Positions 49,203 through 60,000 of a stretch of DNA of 60,000 nt are shown here, in pieces. Source of the DNA: Lama glama (Eukaryota); NCBI GenBank assembly GCA_028534125.1, contig CM052817.1:26972001-27032000 (forward strand), given 5' to 3'. The notes beneath the pieces are model-generated. The model saw only the letters and a list, made by a program, of their open reading frames with translations, made no database searches and had not been told where the DNA came from. The position numbers and the translations under genes were made by a program. Position 1 is the stretch's first letter; every line of letters begins with the position of its first letter.

Positions 49203-50287
49203 TATTTCATAACGTAAAGCAGAAGATTGTAACTTTCTCTCAGTTATGATGATAGTCTCATCTCTCTTACACAACAGCAATACCTGAAAATAAGGAATCT
49301 GAAGAAGCACCCTTCATGGTATCACTCAGGAAAGTCAACCGAACACAGGCAAGAGGTGCGTTAACATCACACACACTTATTTGACGCTGGACACACAGCA
49401 GAGAACAGAAACACTTCACTATAGGTCTCCGGACACTCTCAACATCCTGAAGCTGGGTGTCCCAGAAACTCGATCAAAAAGAATCCAACAGAAAAGTTCT
49501 CAACATTCACGCCCTCCATGCTCTCTAAGCCTAGGAGACATGGAACAAAACCACAATTTATTATAATCTAATTAATTACAGACTCCACTTGCCCTGCCCA
49601 CTGAGAAAGCAGATCTACTAGAACGTGAAATGAAACATTTGAAAGTTTTTTTGAAACACCTCTGGTGCTCTACTGCTTGAATTTCCCAGTAAATCAAATT
49701 CAAATAAACAGGCCAAAGGAAGTCCATGGTTTTCCAACTTCTCCCGTAAGTAACACAGCCTACAGATTTACTGTGAAAACCAGGGATTAAATTAAGCTTC
49801 ACTTAAATTTCAAGATGCCAGAGACAGTCTCCTGAGAAAGCAGACTTGGCTTGAAACCCTGATATCTCACACACGCGGTCCAATTTACACCAAAGACAGC
49901 CGTCCACAAAGCCGCCCTGTCTCGCCAGGCATCTCCTCCATTCTGTTCTGAGCTTGGACTATACACATCAATGAAAGTTGAGACATTAAATATGGCAAGT
50001 TGTGAGATAAGGGCCTCCGCTTCATCTCACACTCTTAATTGAGTTTCTGAGGGAAATGGAAATGCTGACAAGGCATGCAGCCGCAGACAAAAATCATCAC
50101 CAGTGAATGAAGATCCCAAGGAATCATCACTGCGGCTGCCTGGCAATCCTGCCAGCCTTCAAACAGGGATACCCAGGGCACCGGGGAATCACCCTCCTCC
50201 AGACATTCAGGGGGCCTGGGATGCTAAAGCCAGGTGATGGAGAAAGCCACTGGGAGGAAGCTTCCCTGAGCCACCCTGGCTTCTGCT

Positions 50288-50672
50288 TGTATGAGTTTGC
50301 GCGGGCCGCCCTAAGAAGCGACCACAGACCATGTGGCTTACACAGCAGAGACCCATGAGCCCAAGACGGAGGCGTCAGTGTCAAGGTGATGACAGAGTTG
50401 TTTCGCTCTGAGACGTCTCTCCTCAGCTTGCAGATGCCGCCTTCCTGCGGGGTCCTGACATGGTCTTTCCGCTATACATGTCTGTGCGCAAATTTCCTTG
50501 TCTTGTAAGAGCACCAGTCATACCAGATTAAAGCCACTTTAATGACCTCATTTTAACTTAAAACTTAACACCTCTTTAAAGACCCTATCTCCAAATATAG
50601 TCACATTCCAAGGCACTGAGTGTTAGGACTTCGACATATGAGTTTTAAGGGGACACAATTCAGCCCTTTAAC
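50288..50672 (-). mobile_element. MaLR solo LTR (MLT1B/C-like)
   Basis: tgtatgagtttgc...gcttgcagatgccgccttc...taatgacctcattttaactt...gaccctatctccaaatatagtcacatt...ggggacacaattcagccc. Confidence 0.9.
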
Positions 50673-51301
50673 CTGCTAGGACCATGGCCATGGCAACACT
50701 CTGTTTCTGTTTATACTCAGCAGTGCCAGAGGCTAGAAAATAAACCAATCACTCAATTTGCACTATTCTGAAAGTTAAATAACTTTCTTTTAGAATGAAA
50801 GGACATTATATTCAACAATGTCCCAACACCATTATGATTTTGATAACAAACAAAAAGCAATATATCATTTTCACTGCCTTTATAAAATTACTTTGTTATA
50901 TACCAAATCCAATCATAAAGAAAAGTCTTTGGGGATGGGGATCCACTCAAAAGATTTCTAAGCACCAGCTGTCAGCCCACATTTTTTTAAATAAGCAATT
51001 TGTTCTGTAACAAAGATCCCACACAAGGGAAAATCAGGACATTCACTTGACATTTATCATAATGGAAGACAAGTGTGAAAAAACACATTCTCACTTATTT
51101 CCTGTGTGCCTTTTCATGTAGACATTCATGTCTTTGCATGCAGGATTACTTACTGCTGTGTTAATGGGTACTGCCTGCTCCGGATATCAAAACGGGTTTA
51201 AAAAATAATACTGAGTATTATATATCTGAAACTAATATTTTTTAAAAAACTATATTTCAATAAAACACACAACCATACTGAAATCAAGACTTCTATTCAA
51301 A

Positions 51302-51572
51302 ACAAACTTATGGTTACCAGTGGGGAAAGTGGGGGGATAAAAATTGGGAGTTTGGGATTTGCAGATACTAACAACTATACATAAAGCAGATGACAATAAG
51401 GTCCTACTGTATAGCACAGGGAACTATATTCAATATCTTGTATTAACTACAATGAAAAAGAATATGAAAAAGAATATGTGTGTGTGTGTGTGTGTGTGTG
51501 TAACTGAATCACCATGCTGTACTCCAGCAACTAACACAAAACTGTAAATCGGATTACACTTCAATTAAAAAA
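51302..51572 (+). mobile_element. L1 3' end with 16-bp TSD, containing (TG)12 at 51477-51500
   Basis: acaaacttatggttaccagtgggg...cctactgtatagcacagggaactatattcaatatcttg; TSD aagacttctattcaaa at 51286-51301 and 51573-51588. Confidence 0.95.
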
Positions 51573-52406
51573 AAGACTTCTATTCAAACCAGGTGTGTGA
51601 CCAGCAATATCATATATAAAGTCCTATATCTAAGTGATCAGCAAAGCCCTTTTTAAAAGAAATACTAAAACCAATATTAAATGAGTTTAATCTCAATTTA
51701 AGCCTTTTAACAATTTATGACCTCGTAAGCACTTACATCCTCCAAATTGACTACGTTATACATTACTCCCATAAACATGTACTGAGATTGTACATGTGGC
51801 ACATGTACAGGCACAGGCAAGGTGCTAGAGACACATCATTAAACAAACAAAATCCCTGCCCTCATGGAACTGACAGTCTGGTAAGATACACACATCACTT
51901 TCCCTACCATACTGCAAACACATTTCCCCTCCCAACTTCCCTGACTGGGGCACTGGAATCTCTAGCCTCCTAACTTCCCAAAGACAAAACTTACCAGCTA
52001 TTTTTACGAGCTATTTTCATTCTCCATCACATCCCTCCTGGGGTCTCTGGTGACTATTTCCAACCCTGCCTCTTCCACCTGCCTTTTCTGATACAGAAAA
52101 TCTTAGCAGTACACAGGCCCCACGAGCCCCAGCCATCGGCCCAATCAGATGACCCTACTCCCTACCCTGCACTCCTCATCATTCACCAAATCTTACCAAT
52201 CCCACACCGGGAATCCCTCCCCAGGCTCTTCCAGTCTCTCCATTCCCACCACCATAATCCTGGTCATTTTTCTTCTCAGTTTACATCACATTCTCTCTAG
52301 AATGTGAAACCAAGAAGCAGGAACAGTGATCTGCTCATCTTTGCATCTGACAATTACTCATGTGTGCACAGAATTCTGGACACACTGTATTACGTCCATA
52401 CACTTT

Positions 52407-52881
52407 GAGCCCAGAAATAAACCCACACACATATGGTCAATTAATCTTCGACAATGAAGGCAAGAATATACAATGGAGAAAAGACAGTCTCTTCAACAAG
52501 TGGTGCTGGGAAAGCTGGACAGCCACATGTAAATCAATGCAGTTAGCACACTCCCTCACACCATACACAAACATAAACTCAAAAGGGCTTAAAGACTTAA
52601 ACATAAGACAAGACAGTATAAACCTCCTAAAAGGAAGCATAGGCAAGACATTCTCTGATATAAATCTTAACAATGTTCTCCTAGGGCAGTCTACCCAGGC
52701 AACAGAAATGAAAGCCAAAATAAACAAATGGGACTTAAACTTACAAGCTTTTGCACAGCAAAGGAAACCACCAACAAAACAAGGAGAAAACCTATAGAAT
52801 GGGAGAAGATATCTGCAAACGACAGGACTGACAAGGGCTTAATTTCCAGAATACATAAACAGCTCATCCAACTCAGTAACA
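52407..52881 (+). mobile_element. Internal L1 ORF2 fragment without a 3' end
   Basis: SPEINPHTYGQLIFDNEGKNIQWRKDSLFNKWCWESW...[11 protein letters not shown]...EWEKISAN. Confidence 0.95.
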
Positions 52882-53349
52882 GAATGCTGCCCCCATCACA
52901 GCGCCACCTGCTCACAGTGGATCTCTCCTCAGGGCACAGCCTTGCTCCGAAGCGCTCCACCTTGGCACGTCTCCCAGGGTGCCCAGCCCTGCCCCGACAC
53001 CTCAAACACCTTCCCATTGCCCTACCTTGATCCCCATCGCCTTCTCACCTTCTCTCCATTGCACTACATCTTAAGGCTCTTATGTCCTTTAAGGTTCACT
53101 GCAGATCTCACCTCCCTGAGGATGTCTCCCCAGGGTGGTCTGGCTCACATGGATGGATGCCTACCTCCTCACGGTTCCTGTGGCCTTTCCACCCATCCCG
53201 ACTGTTCCACCTCACACTGGTCCAACCAGACTGTGTGTCCCTAGAAAGGAGAGCCATGACATACACTTTCAGGCCTCATGTCACCTACTCTATAGGAAGC
53301 AATCGTAACACTTGCTGACAGAGAACATCACAGGGAAGAATCCAAGAGA

Positions 53350-53578
53350 ACAATATTTGAATAATTTTAAACGTACTGCCAACACTTGAAAACTAGGAGA
53401 AGTCACGTAAAAATCAAAATTTCTGTCTTCTCTTGAAATACTAGAAGATCAGGCAACACTGGCCCTCATTCCTGAACAGTCGAGTGGTAACTGTGCCATT
53501 TTTCCCCCTTCATGCCCCAGTTCACTTCTTTACTTTCCTGTTAGGTCCTGGAAGGCATTTGAGTTTGCAAGCCCCATA
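53350..53578 (+). mobile_element. MER102-like hAT element
   Basis: cacgtaaaaatcaaaatttctgtcttctcttgaaatactagaagatcaggcaacactggccc...ggcatttgagtttgcaagcccc. Confidence 0.8.
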
Positions 53579-55596
53579 GTAGACACTGGTTATCATGAAT
53601 TTTTAAATTATCAAGTTCTTTTGGGAACTGATTATTTATTGAAGGTAATATCAGTTTTTCTCACTCATGATACAGAGTGACAGACATGTTTCAGACTTTA
53701 CTATATTATAAATCTAAGTAATTAATTATATACATACATACACCAATATATACACATATATGTATTTTGGAAACTGTCTCTTTAACGTCCCTAATAGATT
53801 GCAATCCCTACTCTATGGCTTCAAATACCTCAAAATACGGGGCTTATAATTCTTGCCATGACTAAGTATAAGAGGGTCAGGTACCAGTACAGCAGCTACA
53901 CAGAAAGGAAGGAAGACAAGGCAAAAATAAATATTACTGATGAGTAATGAGCTATGTACCAAACAAATTTAGGGGGAAAAATTACTAAAATTCTTTTGAA
54001 ACTAGAAAAATTATATGGCTTTGTTGATTTTAAAAAAAGAAAAATGAAACATGTACAGATAAGGGATGCCACAATGGGCTTATTCTCCAGATCACAACTG
54101 CCCACCATCCAAAAGAAAAACTGTCATCTTCCTATCCTTAAATTTCAGCATTTGAACTAAGACCAAAGGAGGTAAAGCAAACCACAAAGAAATAAAGACA
54201 GCAGTTTCCAGAGAAGCCCAGTAAGAGCTAAGCAGTTGCTGTTACTGCAAGAGTGAAAGGGAGTCATGTCCTTTGACCTATGACTCGTGTCAAGGGGTTT
54301 TAATTAAGAGAAAAGCACAATCTGGACACAGAAGTCAGAAGATATTTAAAAGCACACTGGCTTTATCTGTGCATCAGTCATTACTTCTAGTCCAAACAGG
54401 CAGGCCTTTCTTAGCAAACAGCTTTCCTGATTAGCAATCAGATTTGGGAGACTTTCATGGCCACCTCCAGCCTTGTGGTCTGAAAAGCAAATACAGTTCA
54501 GTCCAAAGCTCATATTTAAAGTAAACAAACTGAGCATAAGGGTACACTTTTAGACACACTTCAGTAAGATGGGATTCTTTGTCCTTTAAATCACATTTGG
54601 TAAATACCTGTCTTTCTCCTTTCTCTTTCTCCACTCAGTTTTATCTCATAAGCTTTCAAGGGAACGTTTGCTGGCCTAGCACATACTTTACCACTCTTCT
54701 CATAAAAATTACCTACTTCCTCAGCATGCAAAGAGGCAAGAAAGACTGACAAATGAACAGGAGAAAAAAAATTGCAGTGTTTTTAGAAATATTTAGTAGG
54801 GTTTTATAAACTGCATTAAAACATAATGAAGTAAAATGGTCCATGATCATACACTGCCCAGAAAGCTCTTGATTCTTATTTAAAAGGAAAGAAAATGAAT
54901 GAACATGGTTAGAAAACTCAAATAATACAGAAAAGAAAAATAAAAATTTTTCACTGTAGTAACAGTTCATATCTTCTTATGGGAAAAAAGTATATATACC
55001 AGCATATGAATCTTTAAAAAATTTTATACAAAAGGGAATGGTAGTCACATGATTCTGCAAAACACCTTTTCATTTTATACATATACATGCACATATAAGT
55101 GTATATGTGTGTATGTATAAATAATGTAATTCCAAATCAGCACACATATAGAGCTCCTTCATTCTTTACAAAAATGCTATAACTTGTACAAATATCTTGG
55201 CATAATTTTAAGTGAATCAATTCATGAAACTGCTGATGATTTTAAATTCTGAAATATACTGCCAAATAGCTCTCCAGTGGCATCCACTTTAAGATAATTC
55301 CATCTCAGACAGGAGTCCTTTTTCTACATGTACTATAAGGATCACAACTGACCTGCTTTGTCTCAAACTGCCCCAGAAAACTGCCAGGCAGCCAGCCCAC
55401 TGCAGACCAGGTCAAGCTCTTCCAGAGAACACAGACTCTGAACCAGACCAGAAGCGTCACATAGCAAAGCTGGAGACCGGCAATCACAGCTTTGCAAAGG
55501 GCTCTCTGCAGCTGACCTTTTACTGTTTTCTACATTCCTTGTCTAAGACAACTGCAGGAAAAGAGTGGGGAGATGATCATCTGCTGGGTATTTACC

Positions 55597-55940
55597 CTTG
55601 TTCATTTGGGATGCTGTGACAAAACACCACGGGCCAGGTGGCTTATCAACAACAGAAACTGGGTTCTCACAGTTCTGGAGGCTGGACATCGAGACCGAGG
55701 TGCCGGCACAGTCACCTTTTGATGAAAACCTGGTTCATCGCCGGTGTCCTTGTCCTCCCTGTGTCCTCACACGGCTGGAGGCTCTTTTATAAGGCCGTAA
55801 TCCCATTCATGAGAGCTCCACCCTCATGACTTAAGCACCTCCCAAAGTCACCACCTCCTCAGACCATCATCTTTGGGGGTTAAGATTTCCACCATCTGAA
55901 TTAGGGGGTGGGGTGGGGGACGTTCATTCAGACCACAGCA
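55597..55940 (-). mobile_element. MaLR solo LTR (MLT1A-like)
   Basis: ggtggcttatcaacaacagaaa...ctcacagttctggaggctgg...aatcccattcatgagagctccaccctcatgacttaagcacctcccaaag...cattcagaccacagca. Confidence 0.92.
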
Positions 55941-56659
55941 GTACTTAACTACGAATACTACCAGGTGAAAGTATTAGAAAAGCAGTAGATAGACTGGAGT
56001 CTCAAACCATCCTGGGGATGAACACCTTGGTCCCTCCCACTGTCAAATGCTTCAGGGCTCCCATGGCAGGCAGTGCACAGAAGCTCGAAGCTCCCCAAAC
56101 AGGGAGTACAGAGTAAGGGTGGGGGACAGTCAGAAAAGTCCAAGGCTTACCTTCTACCTTCCTTCTCTAAGTAGCTGCTTGCAGGTGTCTGATTCCCTCA
56201 GCAACCAGATACCTCCAGGAAACTCACAGCAAGTTGATGGAGTGCATGGCTGGGCCACATACTTTGGCTATAAAATCTTGGACAGACTCCTAAACATGCC
56301 GTGCATTTTTCTTTCTGCCTCTGGGGATCTGATTAGGTATTTTCCTCAGGTAAAAAGGCTTGAAAACCCCCATCCACGGACAACCTCCTACCTCCTACTT
56401 ACTTATCAAAAGCCTAATAAAACTGAAAAAGGGAAAAAATAAAATAAAATAACAAAATGCCACTTCTCCAGATTAATCTACGTCCATATTAACCACTCTC
56501 TGCTTGGAGATTCCAAGGCATCCTATTCATGTAGTACTTCTGGCCTCTATTATAACAATGAAAGATACACAAAGAGATGCATAGAGAGCTTCCTACAGGC
56601 CAACCACTTTACAGGCTGTGCTTTTATTGATACAAGTATACCAAGAAGTTTGAGAAAAA

Positions 56660-56872
56660 AGTTTAGATTCAGATTTAAATTAGTAGATGTGAGACTTAGA
56701 TAAAACCATTTGATCTCTCAGCTCCTGAGCTTCTTCGTCTATAATATAAACAACTAATAAGTCGTTCATAGGACTGCTCTGAGGATTCTCCCCACCCCTC
56801 CCCATCCCATCAAACGCTGAGGAAGTGCTTAAGTCCTTAGCACCCCGACAAGCTCAATAAAATGTTAGCTCT
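56660..56872 (+). mobile_element. MIR SINE
   Basis: atgtgagacttagataaaaccatttgatctctc...gcttcttcgtctataa...gctctgaggatt...gctcaataaaatgttagct. Confidence 0.65.
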
Positions 56873-59654
56873 CCCAGGAGGGCTTGTATTCTGACTATCT
56901 CTCCCCCAGGATATTTCATTTTATTCCCTCTAGCAACTACCACAGTAGACTTCCCTAATACCGTTAACAAGCTCATTTGGAATTTAACTAAATTGCACTG
57001 ACCTAGAAAATTAATTCAGCATCTCTTATCATAAATGAATGCCTCCTGGAGATCAGTGGTCATTTCTAATCCAATTTTAGAATCATCGAGGACCTAAAGT
57101 CGTGGTTGGAACTCCCGACTTGTTATTTCTGAGATACGTCTTTGGTAAAGTCACTAATTACCCACTTCCTTTCCTAGGCACTGCCACCGTCATGCTTTAA
57201 CCAGACATCAGAAAGAGCCACAGCGCTCACAAACTATCTGCAACCTAGAATCTTCAGGAAAATCACCCTTGTGAAACCAAGCATGGAGTAGTCACCGAGA
57301 TGCTAAGATCTGCCCTCAAAGGGCCTCAGCAGCAGAAGGAATGCAGGAAAAAGTATTTTCTTTAACTCTTACAAAGGGCACACTAGCAAATTACACAGAG
57401 CCATTTCCCAATGTAAGCTAGACTGATGTTGCTATTCATTTTCTAAAGAAATTACTGGCCTGGATACTGTCTATGCAAAAATATCCAATAGACCATTTTT
57501 GTTTATAAAGGGAACTGAAGATCAATTCTTATTTGAGCAGATAATAATCTACTTGGAAATTTCAGAAGTTCTGAACAGTTATCATGTCATGCATATAGAT
57601 CTTACTCGGACAGTATAATCAAATCAAATGTTTTATTCACTACAGGCGACTATGGGACTGAGAAACTATGCTTGTTCTTCTATCAGTAATTACACAAAAT
57701 AAACAATGACTGTATGTCACTTGAGTATAGTACCTTTGAAGGCTTTTAAAGGAAACCCAATACCTCACAGAGTATTTAATATAAAAAAATATAAAGACAG
57801 GCAAAAAATCAAAAGGTGTAATATTCCAAACTCTATTAATATGTATATTTATCATAAACATCCTCATTAGAGGTTTACAAAAGAATGTGGTTTCTCCTAA
57901 TGGAAGCAAGTCGCAGACACACTCCGTTCTTGCACTGGGCTCACCGAATGTGCTAAGTTGATCTGATTTTGCTTCATCTGCACCCAAATGATTATAAATA
58001 GGCTGTAGCCCTCACAAATGTAATTGTACCACAGCTCAAACTGCAGTGGCTCAATCATTCCAAACCCCTAACTTCAGTCAGCACAGGGCTCTCTGTTCAA
58101 AGTAAAGGGCAGTCAAGAAGCCACTCTCACCCAGCCACATTTGTCTTAGGGAGCTGAAGCAAAAGAAGACCAACAGGACCATATCCTCCCAGAGCATTAT
58201 ACAACACTCCACATAGGGTCATTCATCATTCTGCAAATAGGTCACAAAGATTTTTAAAAGGGTACCAAAGAGAAAGAAAAGATTGAAAGGAGTGACTGGG
58301 TTAAAAAAAAAAAAAAACAACTCATGATGTGCACTTCCAGGATCCTAGAGGAAGACACGAAAGCTTACCTACTGCTCTTTTAAATGAAAATAAGAGTATT
58401 CCATGTTGCCCCATGGATGCATTTTTCTGAAGTGACATTATCAGCAAAAGGACTGCAAGGAAAGCAAAGGGGCCAGGTAACAAGCACGTCAGTTCCATCA
58501 AGCTGGTCTACCCAGGTGGAAATGAGAAGATTACAAAGAAAGAGCAGGAAGCAGATAAGCCACCCTGGAGAACTGAGCCCTCCGGGAACTGGGAGGCATG
58601 GCTTGACCTACTAATGGAACTGCAGAAAACATGTTCTAAATCTAATCGCGTCATTTCATTATCTGATTCAAGTCCAATGGCAGAAGTCAGCTTTTTAGCT
58701 GTATGCCAGAAAATTGTCTCTGAATTTCGCCAACACTAAATTTATGTTTTTTTACATTAAAAATAAAAGTAGTTCCCCAAACAAAAGGATAACTTTACTA
58801 AAAAACAAAATAAAAGAAAATGGCCAACTAGACTCTGAACATCACAATAAAGCACGACTATTTTTTTCTTTTTAATCTTTATGCATTCATAATTCTTACA
58901 AAGTTATAACTAAAGAAGAGATATAAATTTGCAGTCTTCATGTTTCTAATTATTTTAATGTCTGCACAATAGTCCATTGAGAACCACACCAACAAAAAGA
59001 CAAAAACAGCACAGGTAAATATAAAAATGCAGCTAGGATTTTAATATTACAAAAAATGTCCAATTTCCATAAAACATAAAGCCATACTATAATCCCAAAA
59101 CCCAAGACACTTTAATTCATAGATTTTTCCACTTAGTAAAATAACCTGTGAGATTTATCTTTTTCTGTATAAAAGACCTAATTCATGTAACCATTAATGA
59201 AAATTCTTTTTTTTTTTTTGAAAATTCTTGAAATAATATACCAAATGTGTAAATCCTTCAGTCAGTAGTTAGTGGTAATAATTAAGACAGAGGTAATGAA
59301 AAAAAATTTAATCTTTTTTATTCAAATGGTAATGTGCATAAAAATGCTTACCACTTTTATGAAAAACAGAGTACTTTTTTGACTTAAAGTAAGGTAAATG
59401 GTAACCTAGAAAATGCATCTAGATTGATCTGCATTCTCTCCTACCACTTTCAGATTTCCTTCGTTATCCCAAAGAGAAATACCCAGAGACTAATACTTTT
59501 AACAGAGTGACTCAAACAGGAATGGAGGGGGAGAACAGCAAAGGTACAGTAGTATAAAAAAATAAGAAAGAGCTATAATGCAGCATAAGTCCATTTCCTG
59601 AACAAACCGTTTACATTAAAAAAAAAACAAAAAAAACCCTGCATTGCAAAGATC

Positions 59655-60000
59655 TAAGTGAAGCATGGTACTGACATAAGGAATAGAACTGAAGAGTACA
59701 GAAAAAGACCCTTACATTTATGCCAAATTAATTTTCTACAAAGATGCCAAAATAAGTCAATAGGTAAAGGATAACCTTTTCAGCAAATGGGACAACTGGA
59801 TAGTCATATGTTTGAAAAAAAAATAGAAAGAAAAGAGAAAAAAGAAATTGAACATATACCTGAACTTCATATCATACACAAAACTTAACTCAAAACGGAT
59901 CATAGACCTAAATGTAAGGGCTAAAACAACGGAAGTTTCAGAAAGAAATATACAAGAAAATCTTAGCAACATTTGATTAGGCAAAGATATTTGAAAACAT
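59655..60000 (+). mobile_element. Old L1 ORF2 fragment running off the window
   Basis: gcatggtactgacataagg...ccttttcagcaaatgg...acaaaacttaactcaaaacggatcatagacctaaatgtaag. Confidence 0.9.

Noticed and set aside
52397..53269. catacacttt at 52397-52406 and 53260-53269 as a possible TSD around L1 plus transduced DNA
   Set aside because: No poly(A) before the second copy, which lies within L2-like sequence; probably chance
1..60000. CRISPR-like arrays, prokaryotic or viral systems, processed pseudogenes, NUMTs
   Set aside because: No regularly spaced repeats, operon-like ORFs, mRNA-derived or mitochondrial-like sequence recognised; old degraded copies cannot be excluded without a search

Overview
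Mammalian non-coding DNA, most likely camelid (alpaca/camel): it has two vic-1-type tRNA-derived SINEs and camelid-style L1 3' ends, and no Alu, Bov-tA, PRE1, Can-SINE or ERE elements. I recognise no protein-coding exon, RNA gene or CRISPR array. The supplied ORFs are chance frames, frames running through N-gaps, or decayed L1 ORF2. A large share of the window is interspersed repeat (L1, L2, MIR, MaLR/ERVL LTRs, hAT and Tigger DNA transposons), and there are three placeholder gaps. By eye the left contig is T/G-rich and everything right of the 19985-20484 gap is A/C-rich, which suggests long intron(s) read + on the left and - on the right (convergent genes or a mis-oriented contig). Most notable: an L1 with an apparent ~85-bp target-site duplication, a ~48-bp micro-L1, several candidate small or non-coding exons with good splice signals, and a few transcription-factor motif clusters. 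I found no convincing previously undescribed biological system. Repeat family names come from recalled consensus sequences, not a database search, and boundaries without a TSD are approximate.
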